Below, one piece after another: positions 52,524 through 62,500 of a DNA stretch of 64,000 nucleotides (the first letter of the stretch is position 1; each line of letters opens with the position of its first letter). Source of the stretch: an uncultured Gemmatimonadaceae bacterium (GTDB taxonomy: Bacteria; Gemmatimonadota; Gemmatimonadetes; Gemmatimonadales; Gemmatimonadaceae); NCBI GenBank assembly GCA_963843845.1, contig CAWJMB010000002.1, forward strand, positions 3,431,597-3,495,596, given 5' to 3'. The position numbers were made by a program, and so were the translations under genes. The notes beneath the pieces were generated by a model. The model saw only the letters and a list, made by a program, of their open reading frames with translations, did not search any database and was not told where the DNA came from.

Positions 52524-53250
52524 CGATGACGTAGAGCGACAGTGCGAAGTTCGTCACCGCGTGCGTCAGCATCAGGTCGCCGAGTGACCGCGTGCGGCGC
52601 ATCCACCAGTTGTAGGCGATCCCGCACAGCACGCCGACCTCCCAGAACGGTCCGTGCTCCGCCCCGAAGAGCAGCGCCGTCGTCCAGAACGCGAACGGCG
52701 TGTACTGGCCTAACGGAATGCGCTCGAAGCGCGTGTCCTGCAGCCAGCGCGGAAGCCAGCCGCGCCAGAACAGCTCCTCGAGCACCGGCACGAGGAGCGT
52801 CGCACGCAGCGTCCGCAGCGCGAGCATGAGCGGCGTCAGCTCGCCCGGCGGGATCGACGTCGTGATGCGGCCCGTGACGCCGTTCTGAAAGAGGGGGCTC
52901 GCGCGCCAGCCGGCGAACAGCAGGTCCGGCAGGACCCACAGCGCGCAGACCGCGAGCCCGACCCCGACGCTCGCCGCCCAGTACGGCGCGCGCGTCGGCA
53001 GCACCCGGCGCGAGAAGCCGAGGATCGACGCGAGGATGACGACATCGCGAACGATCTCCTTCGTCGGGTTCGCGATCGGCAGGTACTTGTCGACCGCGAG
53101 CCAGACCATGAAGACGGCGAACGGGCCGACCCAGGCGATCGCCCCACCTCCCGCGGGCCGCGCCGGCCCTGCGTCGCGCGCGTCATGGGGCGAGGTGGCT
53201 GCAGGCGGGACGGCCATCGGTTCGGTCATGTCGCGGGCGTGATCGTGCAT
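52495..53250 (-). CDS. CAAX prenyl protease-related (CPBP) membrane protein
   Basis: VPVLEELFWRG, FGAEH, HAVTN; start may be 53229. Confidence 0.88.
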   Translation of the reverse strand: MHDHARDMTEPMAVPPAATSPHDARDAGPARPAGGGAIAWVGPFAVFMVWLAVDKYLPIANPTKEIVRDVVILASILGFSRRVLPTRAPYWAASVGVGLAVCALWVLPDLLFAGWRASPLFQNGVTGRITTSIPPGELTPLMLALRTLRATLLVPVLEELFWRGWLPRWLQDTRFERIPLGQYTPFAFWTTALLFGAEHGPFWEVGVLCGIAYNWWMRRTRSLGDLMLTHAVTNFALSLYVIVTKQWMFWM

Positions 53251-53327
53251 GATGGTGCGTGATCGACCGTGCGTGATCGTGCGTGAGGTGCATGATCGCG
53301 CGCGACGATGCGTGCGGATGCGTGATG
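53237..53327. repeat. degenerate GCRTGAT direct repeats with mostly ~10-bp spacing
   Basis: Copies at 53237, 53247, 53257, 53271, 53281, 53290, 53320. Confidence 0.65.
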
Positions 53328-53497
53328 GTGTGGCGCGAACGCGACAGCGAGGTTTTTTTGGCTGGCGGGCTTTACTGTGCCACGTCCGCTGAGTTCGCTC
53401 ACTATACGATCGTCTGGTCGCGCACGGCACGCGAGGCGCCCGCCGCCCGACTGGTCGCCTCGACGCTCTCCTCCTCTGCCGGTCCGCCGACGCTTCC

Positions 53498-54601
53498 GTG
53501 GCTCACCCGACGATCGACCGCCTGTTCGCCGACGTCGGCACGCCTGTCCGGCGGGTCGTCCTGGCGCGCGGCGTCGAGGCGTGGCGTGACGCCGACGGTG
53601 ACGACGGGTGGTACCAGGGAGCGCACGGCTCGGCCGCGTTGGCGACCGCCGTCGAGAGCAGCGAGCGCGCCGAGCGTAGCGACAGCGGTGACGGAGGGCT
53701 CGCGCTGATCGGCCTCGTGCCGCGACGGACCCCGGACGTCGCCGCACCCGCGTCGCCCCCGCGTCGCCGCGCGGCCGTTCGTCGAGCCCCCGGCGACGAC
53801 CCGCTCGTCGTCGGACTGCGACACGGGCTGGCGCCGCTGCTGCTCGCGTCGGGCGGCGGGCACGGTGACGGCACGACGCACCTCGTCTCGTCTGCCGGCA
53901 CGCTCGGCTGGCGTCCGCCGATCGAGCGGCTGTACGACGATCCCGTCGTCGGGCGGCGCGCCCGGCGGCTGCGCTTCCAGCTCGACGCGCTCGAGCACCA
54001 CGCGGCGCGGGCCGCCGAATCGTACGCGGCCGCCGCGAACGCGGCGCGGACGACGGCGGCGCTGTTCGGCGGCCACGAGCTGACGACGCTCTCCGGCCAG
54101 ACCGGGCTGTTCGTCGAGCTCGACGCGCTCCTCGGCGCCGTGCAGCGCACGTACGTCTCCGGCGCGCGGCTCCTCGCGACGGCGTTTCCAGCACGCCGAC
54201 GTCGCGAGCACGACCCGTCCGCGGCGACCCCGCCGGCACACGGAACGTTCGACGCGATCGTGCTCGCCGCGCGCTCCGCCCCGCCCGAACTGCGCGAGAC
54301 GCTGCTCGCCGCGTGGGAGTGCCACGGCGCGCACGCCGCCGTCTACCGCCGCGCACTCCGCGCCCGCGACGCCCGCGACCTCGGCCACGCGCCGGTGCAG
54401 CTCGCGCGGCTGTCGCCGGACGTGTGGGCGGTGAGCGTCCCGGTGGCGACCCCGCCCGGGGATGGCCTCGCGCTCGCCGCCCGGCGCGCCCCCCGCCGCC
54501 GCGTCGACGCGCTCGACCGAGCCTGGTCGATCGCGACCGACGCGATGCGCGTGGTGTCGCTGGTCGTGTACGCGATCGCCGATCCCGGTCACTTCAGATA
54601 G
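53498..54601 (+). CDS. hypothetical protein with helical C-terminal domain
   Basis: 367-aa ORF with GC3 bias; divergent from the CPBP gene. Confidence 0.65.
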   Translation: MAHPTIDRLFADVGTPVRRVVLARGVEAWRDADGDDGWYQGAHGSAALATAVESSERAERSDSGDGGLALIGLVPRRTPDVAAPASPPRRRAAVRRAPGDDPLVVGLRHGLAPLLLASGGGHGDGTTHLVSSAGTLGWRPPIERLYDDPVVGRRARRLRFQLDALEHHAARAAESYAAAANAARTTAALFGGHELTTLSGQTGLFVELDALLGAVQRTYVSGARLLATAFPARRRREHDPSAATPPAHGTFDAIVLAARSAPPELRETLLAAWECHGAHAAVYRRALRARDARDLGHAPVQLARLSPDVWAVSVPVATPPGDGLALAARRAPRRRVDALDRAWSIATDAMRVVSLVVYAIADPGHFR

Positions 54602-55911
54602 TCCATCGCCAGCATCGTCAACGCCCGCACGCCGGTCGGCAGCGCCGATTCGTCGGCGAAGAACTTCGGCGAGTGGTTCGACACGAACGCCGACTCGGGG
54701 CTGCCCTTCGGCCGCACGCCGAGGAACACGAAGAGCGCGGGAAGCTCGTCGGCGAAGAAGCCGAAATCCTCGGCACCGGTCACGGGCAGCCCCTCGCGCA
54801 CGTTCGCGGCGCCGGCCGCGCGCTGCAGCGTCGGCAGCATGCGCGCGGTGAGGGTCGCGTCGTTCGCCGTGACCGGCGTCATCTTCTGCACCGAGACCTC
54901 GGCCGTCGCGCCCTGACTCTGCGCGACGAGTTCGGCGGTGCGTTTCACGCGCATGTGGATGTCCTCGCGCATCGCCGGGTCGAACGTGCGGATCGTCCCC
55001 ATGATGACCGCGCTGTCGGGGATGATGTTGTTGCGCACGCCCGCGTTGAACATGCCGACCGTGACGACCGCGGGGGCGAGCGTGAGGCGCGTCTGCCGGC
55101 TGACGATCGTCTGCAGGCTCGTGACGACGAGCGCCGACGTCGCGATCGGGTCGACGCCGTCCCACGGCGTGGCGCCGTGGGTCTGCCGCCCGCGCACGAC
55201 GATGCGGAAGATGTCGGCCGCCGCCATGAAGCCGTTCGCGCGGTAGGTGATGACGCCCGACTCGGCCGGCGTGATCCCCACGTGCACGCCGAAGATCGCG
55301 TCCGGTCTGACCGCCCGGAACACGCCGTCGTCGAGCATCGCGCGGGCGCCCTGCGGGCGACCGGGCTCGCCTTCCTCGTCGGGCTGGAAGACGAACAGCA
55401 CGGTGCCCGGGATCCGTGCGCGCATCCCGCTCAGGACCTCGGCGGCGCCCATCAGCATCGCCATGTGCAGATCGTGGCCGCAGGCGTGCATCACGCCGAC
55501 GTCCTGCCCGGCGTACGCGGTGCGCACGGTCGACCTGAACGGCAGGTCGACCTGCTCGGTCACCGGGAGCGCGTCCATGTCGGCACGGAGCGCGACGACC
55601 TTCCCCGGCCGGCCGCCGCGCAGCACGCCGACGACGCCGGTGCCGCCGACGCCGGTGCGCACCTCCATGCCTAACGCTTTCAGGTGCGCCGCGACGACAC
55701 CCGCCGTGCGCGTCTCGCGGTTCGACAGCTCGGGGTGCTCGTGGAAGTCGCGCCGCCACGCGACGACCTTCGGCATCACGGCATCGACTCGCCGCGCGAC
55801 GTCGGCAGCCTCGGAGCCTGTCGAACGGTCGGCCTGCGCGTGCGTGACGTCGGGCGTGGCGACGAAGGCGAGCGCGGCGAGCGCGGCGGCGAGGCGGAGT
55901 CGGTGCGACAT
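54589..55911 (-). CDS. M20D family amidohydrolase, secreted
   Basis: HEHPELS, RADMDAL, MHACGHD, QPDEE, GAEDF, NHSP. Confidence 0.93.
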   Translation of the reverse strand: MSHRLRLAAALAALAFVATPDVTHAQADRSTGSEAADVARRVDAVMPKVVAWRRDFHEHPELSNRETRTAGVVAAHLKALGMEVRTGVGGTGVVGVLRGGRPGKVVALRADMDALPVTEQVDLPFRSTVRTAYAGQDVGVMHACGHDLHMAMLMGAAEVLSGMRARIPGTVLFVFQPDEEGEPGRPQGARAMLDDGVFRAVRPDAIFGVHVGITPAESGVITYRANGFMAAADIFRIVVRGRQTHGATPWDGVDPIATSALVVTSLQTIVSRQTRLTLAPAVVTVGMFNAGVRNNIIPDSAVIMGTIRTFDPAMREDIHMRVKRTAELVAQSQGATAEVSVQKMTPVTANDATLTARMLPTLQRAAGAANVREGLPVTGAEDFGFFADELPALFVFLGVRPKGSPESAFVSNHSPKFFADESALPTGVRALTMLAMDYLK

Positions 55912-56061
55912 GGCGGCGGTCTGGCGTGACGGGCGGAGCGGCGTCGCCCCGCGGTCGTGCTCGCGGCCGCCGAGCGATTCCCAAAGATAGAGTGTCGCGC
56001 GGGACGGGTCGTGGGCGCACGGAGCCGATGCTCCGGTCGAGGTCGACGTGAGGCGGCCGCG

Positions 56062-57162
56062 TCACGTCGTCTGCCGTCGCTCTCGACCGAGCAGCTGACG
56101 CTTGCGATCCACGCCCCACCGATACCCGGACACGTCCCCGCTGCCGCGCACGACGCGGTGACACGGAATGACGAGCGCCACGCGGTTGCTCGCACACGCG
56201 CCGGCCACGGCGCGCGCGGCCGACGGCGCTCCGATCGCGCGGGCGACGTCGGCGTACGTGCGTGTCTCTCCGGCCGGGATCGCGCGGAGCGCCGTCCACA
56301 CGCGCTCCTGGAACGGTGTGCCCTGCACGTCGAGCGGCGGACTCGGCGCGGCGCCGCGCGCGTCCACGGAGTCGGCGACCTGGCGCGTCCAGGTGCCTAA
56401 CGGATCACCCTCCTCGAACGACGCGACGCGCTCGAGCCGCGCGGCCGGATACTCCGCCCGCAGCGCGTCGACGAGCGCGTCGGCCGAATCGCCGAGCGAG
56501 ACGGCGGCGAGGCCGCGGTCGGTGCCGGCGACGAGGAGGGTGCCTGACGACGACGGCAGCACGGAATAGCGGATCGTCGTGCCCGCGCCGCCCTGGCGGT
56601 AGCGAGCCGGCGTCATGCCGAGCGTCGCGGCCGCGTCGGCGTAGGCGCGGCGGCTCGATCCGTAGCCGGCGTCGAACGTCGCGCGGCTGACCGAGCCGCC
56701 GCGCCGCAGCTCGGTCCTGAAACGATCGGCGCGTCGCGCGCGCACGTACTCCGCGGGCGAGACGCCGAGCTGCGCCTTGAACAGGCGCTGGACGTGGGAG
56801 GCGCTCAGCCCGGTGGCGGCGGCGAGCCGGCCGAGCGTCGGGCGCTCGCCGCCACCGGCGACGTGCGCGTCGAGCACCGCACGCACCGCATCGACCGCGG
56901 CCTCGGCGTTCGTGCGACCGTCGGGGATACAGCGGTGGCAGGCGCGGAAGCCGGCGGCGCGCGCGGCACCGGTCGTGGAGAAGAAGCGCGCGTGCTCGCG
57001 TCGCGGGCGGCGCGACGGGCAGGACGGGCGGCAGTAGATCCCTGTCGTCGACACGCCGTAGACGAGCCGCCCGTCCCACGTGCCATCGCGGGCGGCGACC
57101 GCGGCCCACGCGGTCTCGGGGTCGAGATCCTTCGGCAGTGTGGAGATCGTGCGTGCGGTCAT
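56062..57162 (-). CDS. ada: bifunctional Ada regulator / O6-methylguanine-DNA methyltransferase
   Basis: YCRPSC...RACHRC, AraC-type HTH, IPCHRV. Confidence 0.94.
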   Translation of the reverse strand: MTARTISTLPKDLDPETAWAAVAARDGTWDGRLVYGVSTTGIYCRPSCPSRRPRREHARFFSTTGAARAAGFRACHRCIPDGRTNAEAAVDAVRAVLDAHVAGGGERPTLGRLAAATGLSASHVQRLFKAQLGVSPAEYVRARRADRFRTELRRGGSVSRATFDAGYGSSRRAYADAAATLGMTPARYRQGGAGTTIRYSVLPSSSGTLLVAGTDRGLAAVSLGDSADALVDALRAEYPAARLERVASFEEGDPLGTWTRQVADSVDARGAAPSPPLDVQGTPFQERVWTALRAIPAGETRTYADVARAIGAPSAARAVAGACASNRVALVIPCHRVVRGSGDVSGYRWGVDRKRQLLGRERRQTT

Positions 57163-57240
57163 GACTGTCTCCGGTGAACGTTCATGCCGTGAACAGTCGT
57201 CGCCGCTACGCCTCGGCGATGCGCGCGCCTTGCGGTCGAA

Positions 57241-58884
57241 TCACGCCTCGGCGAGCCGTACGGCGTGCGAGTCGAGGTACTCCTCGAGCGGACCGGGGGA
57301 CGCGTCCTCGTCGGCGAAGCCCACGTAGCCGTCCGGCCGCACGAGATAGGCGGCGCCTTGCGAGAAGCCGGCCTCCAGCATGCCGAGCTGCCAGCGAAAG
57401 ATGTGGAGCGGCAGCGACCGACGCTCGCACATGGTGCGCAGCGCGCGCGTCGCCTCGCCGTACACGTGCACCTGCCAGTCGCGCGACGCGAGCGGCGCGT
57501 GGCTGTCGCTCGGCGCGCCGTCGGCGTCGCGCAGGGCGACCCAGGGCAGTCGCTCGCCGGCGTGCAGCCGTCCCGCGGTCCCCTCGCTGATGGGGCTCGT
57601 CGGGTACGCGATCTCGATCTGCGAGAGCGTGCGGAACAGCAGCCGCCGCATCGCGTCGAGCGCGAACAGCGCCGGGAAGACGAGCGGCACGACGCGCATC
57701 CGCACGAACCGCGCGACCGCGCCGTCGCTCGTCACGACGGCGAACGCGCGGTCGGTCGTCGCGACGAGCTCGCGCGCGAACGCGAGGCGCTCCGGCTCGT
57801 AGCTGTTCAGCAGCGCCGTCGAGGCGCGCCGGCGCACGACCGCGGACAGCTTCCACGCGAGGTTGCACGCGTCGCCGATCCCCGTGTTCATCCCCTGCCC
57901 GCCGACCGGGCTGTGAATGTGCCCGGCGTCGCCCAGCAGAAAGACGCGCCCGGTGGGTCCCGAGCGGAATGCGCTCGCGACGCGGTGGTGCACCCGATAG
58001 GTCGCGAACCAGTGCACCGCGCGCACGTCGAGCCCCATGCGCGCCGCGACGGCGCCGCGCACGTCGTCCCACGTCAGCGACGGCGCCGTCGACGGGGCGA
58101 GCGATGCGTCGGTGCTCATCGTGTCGGTGCGCGTCATGCTCGCCTCGAACGCGTCGACGCGCACCTGCCCGACGAGCCGCGCGCGCCCCGCACCGCGCAT
58201 CGGGAACACGGCGAGGAACTCGCCCTCGTCGAGCGCGATGTGGACCTCGCCGTTCAGCGCCGGCCCGCTTCCGTCGACGTCGGCGACGTAGAACACGCTC
58301 GCGTAGGTCCCGCCGTCGAAGCCGATGCCTAACGATTTCCGCACGCCCGAGTGTGCGCCGTCGCAGCCGGCGAGATAGCGCGTCGTGCACGTCTCCTCGG
58401 TCCCGTCCGCGCGCTGCAGCCACGCGACGACGCGCTCGCCGTATTCCTCGAGCGACGTGAGCCGCGTGTCGCGCTCGATCGTCACGCCGGCCTCCGCGAG
58501 CGCGTCGACGAGCAGCCGCTCGTGCTGGTCCTGCGGGAAGCCGAGGATGAACGGGAAGCCGCTCAGGCCGGCGCCGAGGTCTCCGAACGCGACGCGCGTG
58601 ACGCAGCGGCCGCGGACCCACACGTTTCCCGCGCCGATGCGCACCCCGCCGTCGACGACTCGGTCGGCGATGCCCAGCTGTCGGTACAGCTCGAGCGTGC
58701 GCGCGTGCACGACCGTGGCGCGCGACGTCGTCCCCGCCTCGTGCGACGCGTCGACGATCCGCACGCGGAGGCCGTCGCGCGCGAGCCAGAGCGCGAGGGC
58801 CATGCCGGTGGGACCGGCGCCGACGACGAGGACGTCGGTGTCGTGGGCGGCGACACGATCGGCGGGAGTGGCACGAGTCGGCAT
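57241..58884 (-). CDS. FAD-dependent monooxygenase
   Basis: GAGPTG, GCDGAHS, GDAGHIHSPVGGQGMNTG, VRPDGYV. Confidence 0.92.
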   Translation of the reverse strand: MPTRATPADRVAAHDTDVLVVGAGPTGMALALWLARDGLRVRIVDASHEAGTTSRATVVHARTLELYRQLGIADRVVDGGVRIGAGNVWVRGRCVTRVAFGDLGAGLSGFPFILGFPQDQHERLLVDALAEAGVTIERDTRLTSLEEYGERVVAWLQRADGTEETCTTRYLAGCDGAHSGVRKSLGIGFDGGTYASVFYVADVDGSGPALNGEVHIALDEGEFLAVFPMRGAGRARLVGQVRVDAFEASMTRTDTMSTDASLAPSTAPSLTWDDVRGAVAARMGLDVRAVHWFATYRVHHRVASAFRSGPTGRVFLLGDAGHIHSPVGGQGMNTGIGDACNLAWKLSAVVRRRASTALLNSYEPERLAFARELVATTDRAFAVVTSDGAVARFVRMRVVPLVFPALFALDAMRRLLFRTLSQIEIAYPTSPISEGTAGRLHAGERLPWVALRDADGAPSDSHAPLASRDWQVHVYGEATRALRTMCERRSLPLHIFRWQLGMLEAGFSQGAAYLVRPDGYVGFADEDASPGPLEEYLDSHAVRLAEA

Positions 58885-58901
58885 CGGGAGCGGTCCAGCG
58901 G

Positions 58902-59468
58902 CTACGATCGCCGCCGTCGCGTCACACCACCGAGTACGAGCAGGCCGCCCGCGGTGAGGGCGAGGGTCGCCGGTTCCGGCGTCGCGACGATGCCGAAGCG
59001 CTCGCTCGCGATGACGGCGCCCGCCGCATCATAGGCCTCGAACAGACCCGGCGGCGCACCGGGCGGCGACGACAGCGGTGTGATCACCGTGGCGAAGATC
59101 TGCGGGTCGCCGATCTGATAGAGGGTGGACGGGACTCGCGGTTCGAGGAAGATCGGTCCGCCGTCCTCGCACAGAGCGATCGGACCGAATCGGGCGACGC
59201 ACGTGAGGTCGATCGACCTGTACCGAAACGACGTCCTCCAGTAGAAGTCCGCCGCGCCGAGTGCCGCATACGCCGGAAGGGGGAGCACGTCGAGCACCGC
59301 GAACCGGTTGTCCGACCGCACACCGAACGTGAGGCAGAGATACGTGCCGCAGCCCGCGAAGCTCGACGGCGCAGGTAACGGCGGGATCGTGATCTGCCCG
59401 AGAGCCGGCGCGGGGGCGTAGCACGCGAGGGCGACGACTGCCGCGCCCAACAGTCTCCGTCCGATCAT
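58902..59468 (-). CDS. PEP-CTERM sorting-domain protein
   Basis: Signal peptide; C-terminal TPEPATLALTAGGLLVLGGVTRRRRS. Confidence 0.88.
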   Translation of the reverse strand: MIGRRLLGAAVVALACYAPAPALGQITIPPLPAPSSFAGCGTYLCLTFGVRSDNRFAVLDVLPLPAYAALGAADFYWRTSFRYRSIDLTCVARFGPIALCEDGGPIFLEPRVPSTLYQIGDPQIFATVITPLSSPPGAPPGLFEAYDAAGAVIASERFGIVATPEPATLALTAGGLLVLGGVTRRRRS

Positions 59469-59541
59469 GTGGACTCCAGTTCCTGGAAGCTCTGATTGCC
59501 TCTGCACCCGGGCGTGTCGCGGCCAGTCGAGCTCCGGTGTA

Positions 59542-59578
59542 CGGGCTCGCGCTACCGGGCTCGCGCTACCGGGCTCGC
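59542..59578. repeat. 14-bp tandem repeat (CGGGCTCGCGCTAC) x2.6 spanning the S41 stop codon
   Basis: Read directly. Confidence 0.85.
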
Positions 59579-62500
59579 TGCTTCAACAGCGCTGCCACCG
59601 CCGCGTCGAGCTGCGAGTCGTTGCCAGTGTAGCTCTCGCCCACCGGGCGCACCACCTCGACGTCGACCGCGCGCGGCCGCAGCTCCATGTCCTTCCCTTC
59701 GTGGTCCGTGATGCGCGACGCGCGGCAGCCGCAGCGTCGTGCCGTCGATGAGCGGCTGGTTCCACGTGAAGATGATCCACCCCGCGGTGCGGCTCGCCGA
59801 CGATCGGCCCGAGGCCGAGCGTGCGCCACCCCTCGGTGAAGTCCTCGGCGTCGGAGAGCGAGTGCTGGTTCGTCACGAGCACCGTCGGCAGCTCGAGCGC
59901 GCGCTGGCCGAGCTGCGCGCGCGCCGGCGCCGCGCCGAAGCCGCGCGTCTGCATGGTGAGGTACGGCCGGCGCGCGAAGACGTCGAGCGCGTACGCGTTC
60001 ACGAAACCGCCGTTGTTGTTCCGCACGTCGACGACGACGCCCTGTCGCGCCTGGTTCTCGGCGTCGAGGTCGACGTACAGCTGCGCGAGCGAGGCGTCGC
60101 TCATGTCGAGCATGTGCACGTAGCCGAGCGTGCCGCCGCTGACGCCGGGCGACGTAGGCGCGGCGCGACTCGACCCAGGCGCGGTAGAGCAGCCCCTTCT
60201 CCGTGTTCAGGTTCACGGGCCGCACGGTCACCTCCCGCCACCGCCCGCGCGTCGGCGCGCGCGCGTGTCGTCGATCGACCGTCCGGCGATCGGCCGCGCG
60301 AAGCCGAGCCGCACCTGGCGCCCGATCGTGAACGCGAGCAGCTCGTCGAGGTTCGTCGTGCGCGTGACGTCTGACCGTCGACTGCGACGATCGCGTCGCC
60401 GGGCGCGATGCCGGCGAGCGCCGCGGGGCCCAACGGCAGCACCTCGGCGACGCGCAGCGCGCCGTCGCGCTCCGACGCGACGCGATCGAAGCGCACGCCG
60501 AGCCGGCCGGTCGCCGGCCCCTGCGTCGCCGGCCCGGTCACGCCGAGGTGCGACGCGTTCAGCTCGCCGACCATGAGGCTCAGCATGCGGCGCAGCTCCG
60601 GCGCCGTGCGCGCGCCGGCGACCTGCGGTGCCCAGCGCGCGCGCACCGCGTCCCAGTCGGCGCCGTGGTACCGGTCGTCGTAGAACTGGTCGCGCAGGTA
60701 CGTCCACGCCTCGCGCGAACAGCTCCGTGCTTCTCCGCCGCGAAGTCCACGTCCATCTCGGCGGCCACGGCGATCGGCGCGCACGGCGCGCGAGTCGACG
60801 GTCGACGCCGCGACGCGGCCGCCCTCGCGGTAGTAGACGCTCCTTGCCGTCCGGCGACCACTGCAGCGTCGCTCTTCGGCCCGGCGCGTCGACGTGAGCT
60901 GGCGCGGCGACCGTCGTCCGCGCCAGCTCGTCGAGCGCGACGAGGTAGACGGTTCGTCTGCCCGGCGACGGACGGCGACGAGCGCGAGCTGCTTGCCGTC
61001 GGGGCTCGAGCGCCATCGTCGCCGACGTCGAGCCCGCGCGGAGCAGCGAGCAGCCGCGTGCGGATGCCGTCGAACACGATGTGGCCGACCGCGTCCGTCG
61101 TGCGGCGCCGCGCGGCATCGGCGCGCGCCGAGTCGCCGTCGGCGAGGCGGCGGCGGCGGTCGTGTCGGCGAGCGCGCGCTCCGTGCGCTGCGGCGAGCCG
61201 GGCGTCGTGTCGCGGCCCGTCTGCTCGGCACGGCGGCGCGTCGCGAACAGATCGCGGAACTGGTCCTCGCGGAAGCGCGGCGTGCGCGGCACGAGGTCGA
61301 CGCGCGCGAGCTGCGTCTGCTCGGTGCGCTGGCCGTGACGAAGAGCAGGTAGCTGCCGTCGGCGCCCAGCGGACCTCGCCGCCGTTGCGTTCGCGCACGA
61401 AGCTCACCGGCCGCGGCGTCGCTACGCCGCCGGCCGCGGGCACCGCGCTCAGAGAACACGTTCGTGAACTGCTTCGGGCCCGCCGGCTGCGCGAAGGCGA
61501 TCCACCGCCCGTTCGGGCTCCACGCCAGGTCGCGCTGCTCGGTGAACGGCGGCCGGTCGAACGAGGCGGCCGTCGACGACGCCGGTCGCGCCCCGTCGCC
61601 ACCTCGACCGCGCGCAGCTCGCGGCCGTCGCGCGTGTAGGCGAGCGTGCGGCCGTCGGGCGACCAGCGCGGCGACGCGTCTCCCGCCGTCGACGTTCCGC
61701 CCCAGGCCGCGTGAGTGGCCGTCTCGCTGCCGAGTCGCGAAGTCGTAGAGCGCAGATGCGCCACCGTCCGTCGCGATCGCGACGCGTAGGCGAGCGGCGG
61801 CTGTCGGGGCTCCACGCGAGCTCCCCTCTCGAGCGCCGGCGTGGTCGTGACGCGGAACGCGACGTCGCCGCTCTCCGGCCGCGCGCTCGCCGCGAACACC
61901 TCGCCGCGCACGACGAACGCGATCTTCTTCCCGTCGGGGCGACGGCGCAGCTCCTGGAAGCCGCTCGTGGGCGTCGAGCCGCTCGGCCGCCGGCCCCGCC
62001 GGCGCGCCGCGCAGCGCGATCGCGCACCGCGCCGCGCCTGCCCGCGGCCGACGTCGTAGCGCCAGACCGCGAAGTCGCGCTCGAACACGATCGCGCGTCC
62101 ATCGCGCGCCGATGCTCGGCCAGAGCACGCGGCCGTCGGCGAAGCGTCGTGAGCCGCGCGCGTCGCCGCTCGGCCGAGCCCGCTCAGCGGCTGCGCCCAC
62201 AGGTTCTCCTGCCCGCCGCGGTCGCTCATGAAGTAGAGCGTGCGCCCGTCGGCGGCCCACATCGGCCACGCGCTCTTCGCGCCGCCGGTCGTCACCGGCG
62301 CGTACGTCGGCGCGCCGTGCGCGCCGCCGGCGCGCGGCGCGCACCACCCAGATCTCGCTCTCGTCGATGTGGCTGCGGCCGTGCCGCCACCACTGCCCGC
62401 TCACCGTGCCGCGCGCCGTGATCGCGATCGAGCGCGCCGTCGGGCGACGGCGCCGCCCAGTACTCGCTCGCGTAGCGGTCGGCGGCGACCGGCATCGGCG

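Noticed and set aside
8401..58334. GCCTAAC/GTTAGGC copies as a dispersed attC cassette array
   Set aside because: Most copies are unpaired and lie inside coding sequences of housekeeping genes, not as inverse-core/core pairs after stop codons.
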